DNA from: Candidatus Daviesbacteria bacterium
Lineage (GTDB): Bacteria; Patescibacteriota; Microgenomatia; Daviesbacterales; UBA10151
Direction of reading: 5' to 3'
DNA length: 64,000 nt
Assembly: GCA_016432425.1 (NCBI GenBank)
Contig: CP066688.1
Span: 726,647-790,646 of the forward strand
Shown piece after piece: positions 27,962 to 35,865 of this stretch; the stretch's first letter is position 1; the number at the start of each line of letters is the position of its first letter. The notes under the pieces were generated by a model. The model was not told the DNA's origin. It worked only from the letters and a program-made list of their open reading frames with translations, and ran no database searches. A program made the translations under genes and the position numbers.

Positions 27962-29020
27962 ATGTTTGATCCTACCTACTCTATCACTACCACAATTTTA
28001 TCCAGAATTGCGGAAATTGCCGAGATTAAAGCAGCGATTGAACGTTCCCGGGTCCTGCCTTTAAACGAGGCCCAACTGCGCCGCCAGGCCATTTTGCGGA
28101 TGGCCCATACTTCTACTTCCATAGAAGGTAATAAATTGGCCCAATTTGAAGTAGGTAAGGTGTTGGAAGGTCAGGTAGTGAGAGCTCCCCAAAAAGATAT
28201 TCTGGAAGTAGAAAATTATTATCAGGCCTTAAAACTTTTAGATGAGCTGTCTAAAAAGAAAAATGATATTACCGAAGAAGAAATCTTGAATCTACATAAA
28301 ATAATTGTTAACGGTTTGGTGGAGCCGGAAAAGATAGGTAAACTTAGGCCCGGTGATGTTTATATTTTAGATGATTTAGGTGATGGCCGGGAGCAATTGC
28401 GTTTTAAAGCCCCACCCGCCAAAGAAGTAAAAAAATTAATTACTGAGCTGCTGGCTTGGTTAAAAGATTCCCGGGAAAAAGGAGTACATCCTATTATCAG
28501 AGCCGGAATCCTGCACTTGCAATTTGTGACTGTCCACCCTTTTACTGATGGTAATGGCCGTCTGGCTAGGCTGCTAACCCAACTGCTGCTTTATCGGGAT
28601 AACTGGGATTTTCGCCGGGTGATTGTTTTGGAAGATTATTATAACCGTGATCGGTTGAGCTATTATAGCGCGGAAAATTACAGCCAGGGCAAAAATTATC
28701 AAAAAGAAATGGATTTTACTCATTGGCTGGAGTATTTTACCACCGGATTTTTGGTGGAGGCAAGACGTGCTTTGGAACAAGTTCAGGCAATTGGTTTTGG
28801 TAAAAAGAGCCGCAAATCCGAACAGATTTTCTTAACTAATGATGAGCTGCAAATGATGGATTTTTTGACTACAGTGGGAAAAATTACTTCGGATGATGTG
28901 ACTGATATTCTAAAGGTGGGCAAAAGATCAGCCCAATTAAAACTAAAACGCCTCTTGGATTATAGATTGATCAAGCAAACCGGTAAGGGTCCGGCTACTT
29001 TCTACACCTTGGCCAAATGA
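27962..29020 (+). CDS. Fic/Doc-family protein (putative AMPylase) with N-terminal inhibitory motif and C-terminal winged-helix
   Basis: Fic motif HPFTDGNGRLARLL (HxFx(D/E)GNGRxxR). N-terminal inhibitory TSIEGN ((S/T)xxxE(G/N)). C-terminal HTH-like DFLTTVGKITSDDVTDILKVGKRSAQ. Confidence 0.85.
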   Translation: MFDPTYSITTTILSRIAEIAEIKAAIERSRVLPLNEAQLRRQAILRMAHTSTSIEGNKLAQFEVGKVLEGQVVRAPQKDILEVENYYQALKLLDELSKKKNDITEEEILNLHKIIVNGLVEPEKIGKLRPGDVYILDDLGDGREQLRFKAPPAKEVKKLITELLAWLKDSREKGVHPIIRAGILHLQFVTVHPFTDGNGRLARLLTQLLLYRDNWDFRRVIVLEDYYNRDRLSYYSAENYSQGKNYQKEMDFTHWLEYFTTGFLVEARRALEQVQAIGFGKKSRKSEQIFLTNDELQMMDFLTTVGKITSDDVTDILKVGKRSAQLKLKRLLDYRLIKQTGKGPATFYTLAK

Positions 29021-29080
29021 TTTATGGTGAGTGAACTTGTACTGAGTGTAACCGAAGTAGCTGAACTAGTGCGCTTTTTT

Positions 29081-29127
29081 CTGCGCGATAATTGCGCGAT
29101 TTGCTTTTTTTACTCCATTATGGGATA
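29081..29127 (+). promoter_or_regulatory. second TGCGCGAT repeat pair plus extended -10 upstream of the RRM gene
   Basis: CTGCGCGATAATTGCGCGAT (29081-29101) then a T-run and TGgGATAAT (29119-29127), about 75 nt upstream of 29200. Confidence 0.45.
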
Positions 29128-29199
29128 ATAATTTTAGTGTGATGAGTGCATTTAGTATTTTTATCTAATCACCTCGCATGAATTTAGAAAGAAAGAGAG

Positions 29200-29466
29200 G
29201 TGATTTTTTTGAACAATAAGAAATTATTCGTTGGTTCCCTACCATGGGAAGTTGATGATAACAAACTCGCGGAAATTTTTTCTCAAGCTGGAACAGTAGT
29301 TTCTGCTCAAGTAATTAAAGATCGTGATAGTGGTCGCAGTAAAGGATATGGTTTTGTGGAAATGTCTACAGAAGAAGAAGCCCAAAAAGCAGTTCAAACC
29401 TTAAACGGTTCTGATGTTTCTGGTCGTCAAATTGTAGTCAACATTGCCCGTCCTAGAGAAAATTAA
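29200..29466 (+). CDS. RRM-type RNA-binding protein
   Basis: RNP-2 LFVGSL and RNP-1 KGYGFVEM. 88 aa. The start is a GTG at 29200 or a TTG at 29209, after the RBS GAAAGAGAGG. Confidence 0.85.
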   Translation: MIFLNNKKLFVGSLPWEVDDNKLAEIFSQAGTVVSAQVIKDRDSGRSKGYGFVEMSTEEEAQKAVQTLNGSDVSGRQIVVNIARPREN

Positions 29467-29489
29467 TTTCCTAGGATTGATTTGTAATT

Positions 29490-29513
29490 AAACCCTCGGA
29501 AAACCGAGGGTTT
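29490..29513. terminator. bidirectional intrinsic terminator
   Basis: AAACCCTCGG-aaaa-CCGAGGGTTT with A-run upstream and T-run downstream, between convergent genes (RRM gene and deacetylase). Confidence 0.75.
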
Positions 29514-29516
29514 AAT

Positions 29517-30440
29517 TTAAGGGAACATAGAAGCAAATTTTTCTATAGGTAAACTTCCACCAATTTTTACTCTGGGCATATCATAGACAGTACCTTCTGT
29601 CTCAAGAGTCCCTGCCCACGTGCCTACAGACCCTAAATATCCGGCCGCTTTGGCAGTTGTCCAAACTCTCTCATCAGAGGTGCCGTAGGGATAAGCCATA
29701 AAATTAACTGGTTTACCTAATATATCTTCTAAAACTTTTTTACTCTGTATCAACTGATAAGTTAATTGATCATTGTCCATACTTGGTAAGTTTACATGGT
29801 TAACGCTGTGACCCTGAAAAGAGATTAATCCAGTTGAATTCATCTCTTTAATTTGATCCCAGGATAAATAATACCCCTGGTTCATTAAACCAGTGGGAAT
29901 AAAAGATACGGCATGAAAATTCAGACGGCGCAAAATAGGAAAAGCATTGACATAAAAATCAATATAACCATCATCAAAAGTAAGGACTATTGGTTTACCT
30001 GGTAGCTCAGCAGTCCCTTTTAACCTGGCATATAAAGTATCTAGGGTAATAGGAGTATAACCGCGAGTGGCCAGATGAGTCATTTGTTTTTCAAATAAAT
30101 CCGGAGCCACTGATAAATTGTCTCTGGCTTTATCATCTGGATTGGGGTTGTTGCCAATATAATGGTACATCAAGATTGGGACATTTACCGAGCGCCCATA
30201 ACTTACTGGTATAGAAATTTTAGGAGACGCTGTAGCATTGGGAGTACTTTGGGTAGAATTGGTAGCTTCAACTTTTAACTCTGAATTTAGGATAGGGGTA
30301 TTGACGGTTTTTGACTTGATTGTTTGATTTAGGCCTAGCAGATTTGTTTGGGTAGTGATAATTACTTCTAATAATATGAGTAATGCCAAGACCAAGACGG
30401 CATTTAAAACAGTAATTTTTTGATTTAAAAACTTAAGCAC
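29517..30440 (-). CDS. polysaccharide deacetylase (CE4 / NodB-homology) family protein
   Basis: VLTFDDGYIDFY (TFDDG motif), HSVNH, ILMYHY, with N-terminal TM/signal. 307 aa. Confidence 0.75.
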   Translation of the reverse strand: MLKFLNQKITVLNAVLVLALLILLEVIITTQTNLLGLNQTIKSKTVNTPILNSELKVEATNSTQSTPNATASPKISIPVSYGRSVNVPILMYHYIGNNPNPDDKARDNLSVAPDLFEKQMTHLATRGYTPITLDTLYARLKGTAELPGKPIVLTFDDGYIDFYVNAFPILRRLNFHAVSFIPTGLMNQGYYLSWDQIKEMNSTGLISFQGHSVNHVNLPSMDNDQLTYQLIQSKKVLEDILGKPVNFMAYPYGTSDERVWTTAKAAGYLGSVGTWAGTLETEGTVYDMPRVKIGGSLPIEKFASMFP

Positions 30441-30508
30441 AACTCAACTATTATAATTCTCCTTAAGGTTTTGGTACAATATAGGGCATGCCGGGGTGGC
30501 GGAAGAAA

Positions 30509-30590
30509 GGGCTAGTGGCGGAATTGGTATACGCGCGCGCCTTAAGAGCGTGTGGGGAAACCCTTGTGGGTTCGAGTCCCACCTAGCCTA
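30509..30590 (+). tRNA. tRNA-Leu (anticodon TAA), type II
   Basis: Acceptor GGGCTAG/CTAGCCT (G1-U72 wobble); anticodon stem CGCGC/GCGTG with loop CTTAAGA; long variable arm TGGGGAAACCCTT; T-arm GTGGG-TTCGAGT-CCCAC. Confidence 0.75.
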
Positions 30591-30596
30591 CATTCT

Positions 30597-30616
30597 CGGG
30601 GACTAGTTCATCGGTA
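30597..30616 (+). repeat. 20-nt duplicate of the tRNA-Pro 5' end (CGGGGACTAGTTCATCGGTA)
   Basis: Identical to 30706-30725, the first 20 nt of the intact tRNA-Pro 109 bp downstream. Confidence 0.85.
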
Positions 30617-30684
30617 AGCAGAGCTTGCCATCTGGTGATGGTAAGCAGAGCTTGCCATCTGGTGATGGTAAGCAGAGCTTGCCA
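30613..30684 (+). repeat. tandem 27-nt repeat GGTAAGCAGAGCTTGCCATCTGGTGAT, 2.7 copies
   Basis: Copies at 30613-30639, 30640-30666 and partial 30667-30684. Contains the 12-mer AAGCAGAGCTTG and the hairpin CCATC-tggt-GATGG. Flanked by inverted repeats GACTAGTTCATCGG / CCAATGAACTGTC. Confidence 0.85.
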
Positions 30685-30705
30685 ATGAACTGTCGGATTA
30701 TATTT

Positions 30706-30777
30706 CGGGGACTAGTTCATCGGTAGAACGCTCGGTTTGGGACCGAGAAGTACAGGGTTCAATTCCCTGGTCCCCGA
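30706..30777 (+). tRNA. tRNA-Pro (anticodon TGG)
   Basis: Acceptor CGGGGAC/GTCCCCG; D-arm GTTC-ATCGGTA-GAAC; anticodon stem CTCGG/CCGAG with loop TTTGGGA; T-arm CAGGG-TTCAATT-CCCTG; discriminator A. Confidence 0.85.
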
Positions 30778-30796
30778 CTCTAATAATTACTCTTCA

Positions 30797-31354
30797 ATGG
30801 ACGAGCCAAACTTAAAACTAGCTTTACTTCAGGGTAAAATTGTGGTTATGCCTACAGACACTATTTATGGGATAGTAGGCTCTGCCCTAACCCAGGAAAC
30901 TGTGGAGAAGATTTATGCTTTGCGCAAAAGAGCTCTTAGTAAACCAATGATTATTCTAATTTCCTCTCTGGAAGATTTAAAGAAATTTAAGGTAGAATTA
31001 GATAGTTTTACCCTGGATTTTTTAAATAAACATTGGCCAGCAGCTTTAAGTGTAGTACTCCCCTGCTTATCCCCTGAATTTGAGTATTTACACAGAGGTA
31101 CAAAGAGTTTGGCTTTTAGAATGCCGAAAAATATTAAGTTGCTGAACTTATTAAGGCAAGTGGGGCCATTGGTTGCTCCCAGTGCTAATTTTGAAGGGGA
31201 AAAACCGGCTGAAAATGTGGAGGAAGCCAGAAAGTATTTTGGGGATGAGGTAATTTATGTGGATGGAGGAAAATTATCAGGTCAAACTTCTACTTTAATA
31301 GAAATTAAAAACAGCCAGGTAAAAATCTTGCGTGAAGGTGCAGTTAAAGTTTAA
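30797..31354 (+). CDS. tsaC: L-threonylcarbamoyladenylate synthase (YrdC/TsaC family)
   Basis: VMPTDTIYGIVGSAL, KPMIILISSLEDLKKF, PSANFEGEKPA (SAN..G motif). The ORF-track start at 30737 overlaps tRNA-Pro; the internal Met at 30797 is the likely start. Confidence 0.8.
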   Translation: MDEPNLKLALLQGKIVVMPTDTIYGIVGSALTQETVEKIYALRKRALSKPMIILISSLEDLKKFKVELDSFTLDFLNKHWPAALSVVLPCLSPEFEYLHRGTKSLAFRMPKNIKLLNLLRQVGPLVAPSANFEGEKPAENVEEARKYFGDEVIYVDGGKLSGQTSTLIEIKNSQVKILREGAVKV

Positions 31355-31497
31355 GAGCGGGTGAGGGTACTTCGCTCGAACCTTTTTGATTATATCACTC
31401 CTGAATTAGAACTCGAGCTAATAACTCTTATGCATCACTTAAAAATTGATAGCTTTAAAGAACTAAATAGAGCCAACAGGTTTAAGTAATTATCACT

Positions 31498-31770
31498 TTA
31501 TTTTCTATACACTTCATCATGCGTACCTAGATCTACAAAATATGCGATATCTTTGTCTAGCAGTAAGTAAACCATTCTAAGTCCTTTACTTAGGGAGATA
31601 CTCCATCTATTCGTAAGGTTACCTGTTAATTTATGTGTTCTTAGCGATGGGTGTTTCGGATTTTCTTGAAATAATGCAAGCTGTTTTTCTATTTTTTTGC
31701 TTAGTTTCTTGTCTTTTCTTTTTAATTTAGCAAGTTCACTAATAACTTCAGAAGAAAATTTAACGCGCAT
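31498..31770 (-). CDS. type II toxin, RelE/YafQ-family mRNA interferase
   Basis: HKLTGNLTNRWSISLSKGLRMVYLLLDKDIAYFVDLGTHDEVY matches the YafQ/RelE pattern (H.L.G......R..Y......I....G.H). 90 aa, immediately downstream of the antitoxin. Confidence 0.7.
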   Translation of the reverse strand: MRVKFSSEVISELAKLKRKDKKLSKKIEKQLALFQENPKHPSLRTHKLTGNLTNRWSISLSKGLRMVYLLLDKDIAYFVDLGTHDEVYRK

Positions 31771-31773
31771 TTA

Positions 31774-32037
31774 TTATTTAAGATCTTCAAAAAATTTATG
31801 CATATCTTTAACTTCTACTGCTTTATCATACTCTTCTAGTGCTTTTTTTGTATTTCTTTCTACACGTTCTGAAGCTATAAAAGTTGGATATTCTTCGTTT
31901 TCCACCTCTTTAAGGATTAAATGTTTAACTAATTGAGTCACAGGAACTCCAAGCCTAGCAGCCTTTGACTCTAAGCGATCGTTTAATTGTTCAGAGAGAC
32001 TGATTTTTAGCTGAATTTGTGAAGATATGGTATTCAT
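31774..32037 (-). CDS. type II antitoxin, RelB/DinJ-like (ribbon-helix-helix)
   Basis: 87 aa. N-terminal RHH-like KISLSEQLNDRLESKAARLGVPVTQLVKHLI and an acidic C-terminal tail. 3-nt gap to the toxin gene. Confidence 0.65.
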   Translation of the reverse strand: MNTISSQIQLKISLSEQLNDRLESKAARLGVPVTQLVKHLILKEVENEEYPTFIASERVERNTKKALEEYDKAVEVKDMHKFFEDLK

Positions 32038-32212
32038 AGTACCTATATACTACCTAAAAAGTACCTAGTTGTCAAGATGAGATTGGGATGCTATACTTCT
32101 ACACCGAATGATCCTTTTGGTGAAAGCACTTTTTTAGGGAGCGAACGTTGGCGTGATGCACTTATGATCCATTTTGGGAAAGTTTTACTTTTCTGGCCAC
32201 AGGGACCGACTT

Positions 32213-32656
32213 TTATTCTGCAATTTCTAGTTTCTCAATATTGAGTACTGCCAATGGCCCATAAATCTCAATACATTTATTTTGAATGCATTGTTTTGAA
32301 GAACTGGTATATTTTCCTTCAATGTATTTTACTCTCTTTCCGTTAAATTGTTCTAAATCTATGTCGCTTTTTCCTACTGTTATCCTAAAAAAATTAGTAT
32401 TTCCGTTCTCATTGTTGATAAAAACATCAGGTCCTTTGTATTCGACACAATATGCGTTGCCCTGACCTTGGAATTGTTCCTGCCAACCTTGTCCATTAGG
32501 GCAATTTTTAGTAATTCTGTATTCGCCTTTAGAATTGTTCAGTGGAAAAAAGTGCGGAGGTTCATCAGTAAAGATTGCCCTTGCAAACCAACCTATAAAG
32601 GCAAAAATAGCTAGAGTTAGTATAAGTAAGACCTTCTTTGTAGTAAGCTTTTTCAT
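32213..32656 (-). CDS. hypothetical secreted protein
   Basis: Signal peptide MKKLTTKKVLLILTLAIFAFIGWFARA; Cys-containing mature part. No motif. Confidence 0.35.
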   Translation of the reverse strand: MKKLTTKKVLLILTLAIFAFIGWFARAIFTDEPPHFFPLNNSKGEYRITKNCPNGQGWQEQFQGQGNAYCVEYKGPDVFINNENGNTNFFRITVGKSDIDLEQFNGKRVKYIEGKYTSSSKQCIQNKCIEIYGPLAVLNIEKLEIAE

Positions 32657-32740
32657 ATACCTTATTAGAACTTTTCTATCAGTTTATGTACATTTATGTA
32701 GATAACTGTTGATTGGAGCTCTTTTACGAAAAAGTTCGCA

Positions 32741-32895
32741 CTCAGTTTCGCCAAAGGTAGGCGGCGCGGTCCTTTTCGCGCCGCCTCTTGTCCGCTCGGC
32801 CTTCGGCCTCGCTCTATGTATTTTTTGCTAAGACAGAAAGACGAATGCGCGCGATTTTTTTATTTATAGTCCGCCTATGGCGGACAGAAAAACAA
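32741..32895. other. GC-rich hairpin cluster in AT-rich intergenic DNA (candidate structured ncRNA or terminator stack)
   Basis: CGCCAAAGG family motif; AGGCGGCGCG-gtcctttt-CGCGCCGCCT; GGCC-ttc-GGCC; T-run; AATGCGCGCGAT (TGCGCGAT-like); GTCCGCC-tat-GGCGGAC. Confidence 0.4.
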
Positions 32896-33074
32896 AACCA
32901 ATTTAATGTTTTCTTGCCCCAACCCTACCCAGCGCGAAAACTTTTTAACTACCTATATTATACAGAAAATTATAAAGGTTGGAAGTAATTGGCCAATTTC
33001 GCCCATTTTGGCCATCCTCTCCCCGAAGTGCTACGGTGTAAACTTTAATGATTCAATTACTCTCAATTTTAAAA

Positions 33075-34127
33075 TTAAGAACTAGCGCTTACTTTAGGAC
33101 TATAGTTTTCTACTCTAATCATTTGATTATTCCGCCTATCTTTAAATACTAAGAAGTATCCGGTGTCATCTTTTGCTTCTTTGTATCTTTTGCTTGCCTG
33201 TTCCAGTGAACTAACCGCTGCCATATCCGCTTCCCACTCTGAACCTCCCAAGAAGTGACTAGTCTCATGTCTAAATAATTGGCTTAACCACTGACCATAA
33301 TTTTCATACTTCATAGGCACGTACTCACGTAAATGACCCTCAGTTGGTTGGTTTTTAAGTATGGCCGACGGTTCTGGTAAATCATCCCTACTTGTTAATA
33401 GTTCGGTTAAGGTACCCGTAGCCAAGATTAAAAAATATCTATCTTGCATTCTACGTCTCTGTTCTGTATCTTCCAAATCAATCTCATGTTTCATAAAGTG
33501 GCCCACGGCTTTAATATAAGGGCCTTGATAATTAATTCTACTAAAAAAATCTCTTAAATCATTATTGGGGACTTGTAATGCATCTTCACCAGTAATAATT
33601 TTGGATCCTAATAATACAATATCTAGTGTTGGTTTCTCAAATATAAACTCTCTACCGCTCAAGTTAGTTTTCTGTAATCCTTTAGCTCGAGTTTCCTTAA
33701 GATTTTTAAATAGAGGCATTTCTAGAATTCCCTTTCTCAAGAAAAGATCATACTCACTAGTACTTGTTATAGTAATACCATAATCTTTTAATTCTTGCTC
33801 GGTTAAAGTATCGGACGGCAGTTCTTTTAATTGTCCCCTTTCCGCCACATTTAATGTAGGTGTAGCTGTGGGTACAGACAGATGATAAGTAGATTCAACT
33901 TTGGGCACTTGAGTTCCTTCCGTAGCCTTAGTATTTCCACAACCAGCTGATAGCAATAGTTGAAGCATTATCAAACTTGCTAGGCTTCCGTGTAAAAATC
34001 TCTCACTTAATTCATGCAGTTTGTTTCTAATATTTACCGGTAGCTTAGCTTTTTCGTCTGAAATGATCTGCTCCGACCGCTCTAAAATGCTAATCTGTTT
34101 TTGTTCTGCTTCGGCTAGATTCTCCAT
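33075..34127 (-). CDS. hypothetical protein with internal lipobox-like segment and HExxH-like motif (possible Zn-metallopeptidase)
   Basis: LIMLQLLLSAGCGN (lipobox LSAGC) about 50 aa into the ORF, so the true start may be the internal Met. C-terminal FRHETSHFLGG (HExxH). Low-complexity otherwise. Confidence 0.35.
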   Translation of the reverse strand: MENLAEAEQKQISILERSEQIISDEKAKLPVNIRNKLHELSERFLHGSLASLIMLQLLLSAGCGNTKATEGTQVPKVESTYHLSVPTATPTLNVAERGQLKELPSDTLTEQELKDYGITITSTSEYDLFLRKGILEMPLFKNLKETRAKGLQKTNLSGREFIFEKPTLDIVLLGSKIITGEDALQVPNNDLRDFFSRINYQGPYIKAVGHFMKHEIDLEDTEQRRRMQDRYFLILATGTLTELLTSRDDLPEPSAILKNQPTEGHLREYVPMKYENYGQWLSQLFRHETSHFLGGSEWEADMAAVSSLEQASKRYKEAKDDTGYFLVFKDRRNNQMIRVENYSPKVSASS

Positions 34128-34129
34128 AT

Positions 34130-34417
34130 TTAACTCTTCATTTTATTTTTAAATTCTTCTAAGTAACTTTTTAAGACTACTCTGTCGATTTGAGGAAATA
34201 TATATTCAAATTTATCAGCAGATAAAACAATTTCTGGATTATCCTGAGAAAATCTCAGAACAATAAATTCAGTTATACGCTCCATTAAAATCGGCCTTAT
34301 TTTATCCATTTCTTCTGATGGTAAATTATCTAATTCTAAAAAAATGATGGGATCAAAATAATTCATTTGATTATTCACTTTTATTTTATCCTCTTTTAAT
34401 CTTTTTCCAAAACCCAT
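34130..34417 (-). CDS. hypothetical protein
   Basis: 95-aa ORF, no motif. Overlaps the ImmA-like ORF start by 32 nt. Confidence 0.3.
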   Translation of the reverse strand: MGFGKRLKEDKIKVNNQMNYFDPIIFLELDNLPSEEMDKIRPILMERITEFIVLRFSQDNPEIVLSADKFEYIFPQIDRVVLKSYLEEFKNKMKS

Positions 34418-35009
34418 CCGGAACGATTACTAATTTTAGAAAACTTAGCCTTACTAGAAGACTGTCTGCAGTAACTTCAAATTCTTGTGCTAATTCAGGA
34501 AAAGTATCGGGAAGATCAAAAACTGAACAAGGCGTTGGTATGCGATTTTGGATAACAAATTGATCCCATTTTTCTTTCAAAACTTTTTCCGGCATTAACA
34601 CCATACTTGCAAAAGTTCTTGCCTGTCTTTCAATATAATCAAATAATTTAGTATCCAGTTTTTCTTGCCAAGTAATATATTCCTCTAAACCTTTTGGCCC
34701 ATCTTTACTGTACCAATCTTTATGAAGAAATAAATGACCTATTTCCTCAGCAATAGTAAATCTTATTCTTTCAGGTTGTTTTGTGTACATACCTTCATCA
34801 ATTACAATAGAATCAAAATTCTGATTAATAAACGCATTGACTCCAAAATTTTTGATTAAACCACTGATTAGGATAATTTTAAGTTCCAATTTTAATTCTG
34901 CAATATCCTCAATTGGTACTGGAAGAGTTAAGGAAGAATGATAACTTTCTAAAAATAGATTCGCTTGGTTTTTAACGTCTTGTAAAGTTATGTTGCTGGG
35001 TGTTTTCAT
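34386..35009 (-). CDS. ImmA/IrrE-family (peptidase M78 / DUF955-like) protein with variant EExxH motif
   Basis: FTIAEEIGHLFLH aligns with the M78 (F/L)xxAHELGHxxLH motif, but the first His is replaced by Glu. Immediately downstream of an XRE regulator. Confidence 0.55.
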   Translation of the reverse strand: MKTPSNITLQDVKNQANLFLESYHSSLTLPVPIEDIAELKLELKIILISGLIKNFGVNAFINQNFDSIVIDEGMYTKQPERIRFTIAEEIGHLFLHKDWYSKDGPKGLEEYITWQEKLDTKLFDYIERQARTFASMVLMPEKVLKEKWDQFVIQNRIPTPCSVFDLPDTFPELAQEFEVTADSLLVRLSFLKLVIVPDGFWKKIKRG

Positions 35010-35396
35010 TCATTTTTCGAGGAGTTTTATTAGCTGCTCCAGTTTTTTCCTATCCAATTTTTTATTTCTCATAGTTCTAAAAAATGCGGGTAACAGATTA
35101 TTTATATTTTCTTGATTTTTTATATCAGTGGGAATTTGTCCTTTGGCTGTATGTGCTAAATCATGAAATTTAATCCAATCTTCTGTATCTCTTTTTATCT
35201 TTAGAGCAGCTGCATATCCTGCTAATTTCTCATCATCTAGCGTAGGCGGCAAGATATTCCTTTCAAGTCTACTTATATTTCCTGGATCATAACCGTATCT
35301 TTCGCAGAAGGCACGAAGGGAAAATCCAAGCTCTATTCTTCTTGATCTGAAGAAATCACCGAAATTTTGGTTTGAAGCATCTTGACTTTTATTCAT
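35010..35396 (-). CDS. XRE-family HTH transcriptional regulator (Cro/C1-type)
   Basis: FRSRRIELGFSLRAFCERYGYDPGNISRLERN is a Cro/C1 HTH. Adjacent to the ImmA-like gene, as in ImmR/ImmA pairs. Confidence 0.7.
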   Translation of the reverse strand: MNKSQDASNQNFGDFFRSRRIELGFSLRAFCERYGYDPGNISRLERNILPPTLDDEKLAGYAAALKIKRDTEDWIKFHDLAHTAKGQIPTDIKNQENINNLLPAFFRTMRNKKLDRKKLEQLIKLLEK

Positions 35397-35478
35397 AGGT
35401 GTTGTAATAATAATACAACACTATTCTAGTATAAACTTTGACTGGTTGTCAAGTTTTGAAGGGAGGTGGAAAAAATTT

Positions 35479-35703
35479 ATGACTTATAAATGCAAGTATT
35501 GCAAATGGGTTGGTTTTAGAAAGGATTTTGAGATCGATCATGTTATTCCAATTGCCAGATCGATTCTACAGAACATCTTACAACCGGCATTAGATTTAAT
35601 CTGTTCCGGTTGCAACAGACAAAAAGGCAAAATGACTGGGGCAGAATACAGATTATGGAGATTGTTAAATCCATACAGAGCAAATTCAGGACCGATTATC
35701 TAA
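35479..35703 (+). CDS. HNH endonuclease
   Basis: CKYC...DHVIPIARS...N...CSGCNRQKG is an HNH motif with two Cys pairs. SD GGGAGGTGG 9 nt before the ATG at 35479; the track's longer ORF includes the RBS. Confidence 0.7.
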   Translation: MTYKCKYCKWVGFRKDFEIDHVIPIARSILQNILQPALDLICSGCNRQKGKMTGAEYRLWRLLNPYRANSGPII

Positions 35704-35759
35704 AATGAAAAGATTAATATTTTGAAAAGTTCTTTAAAATTTTTGCGTTTTTTGTTCTT

Positions 35760-35865
35760 TTTAACCGGCGGCTGGTGCCAAGTTACAATTTGGGCTTTGC
35801 AGAGCTCTGCGGCCCCCCTCCCGCGCAGAGCCAACCCTCCGTCCGCTTTGCGGACTCCCTTTCGG
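35760..35865 (-). other. GC-rich structured tail following the tRNA-like element (candidate ncRNA)
   Basis: About 65% GC versus about 38% background. Hairpins GTCCGC-aaa-GCGGAC and CTCTGCG-cgggaggggggc-CGCAGAG on the minus strand. Confidence 0.35.

Noticed and set aside
30613-30684. Tandem 27-nt repeats considered as a mini CRISPR array
   Set aside because: Repeats are directly adjacent with no spacers, there are only 2.7 copies, and no cas genes are anywhere in the window. Interpreted as a tandem repeat within a MITE-like insertion.
32788-32988. 66-aa ORF in the GC-rich hairpin region
   Set aside because: It reads through palindromic hairpins and a T-run and gives an R/K-rich peptide of low plausibility.
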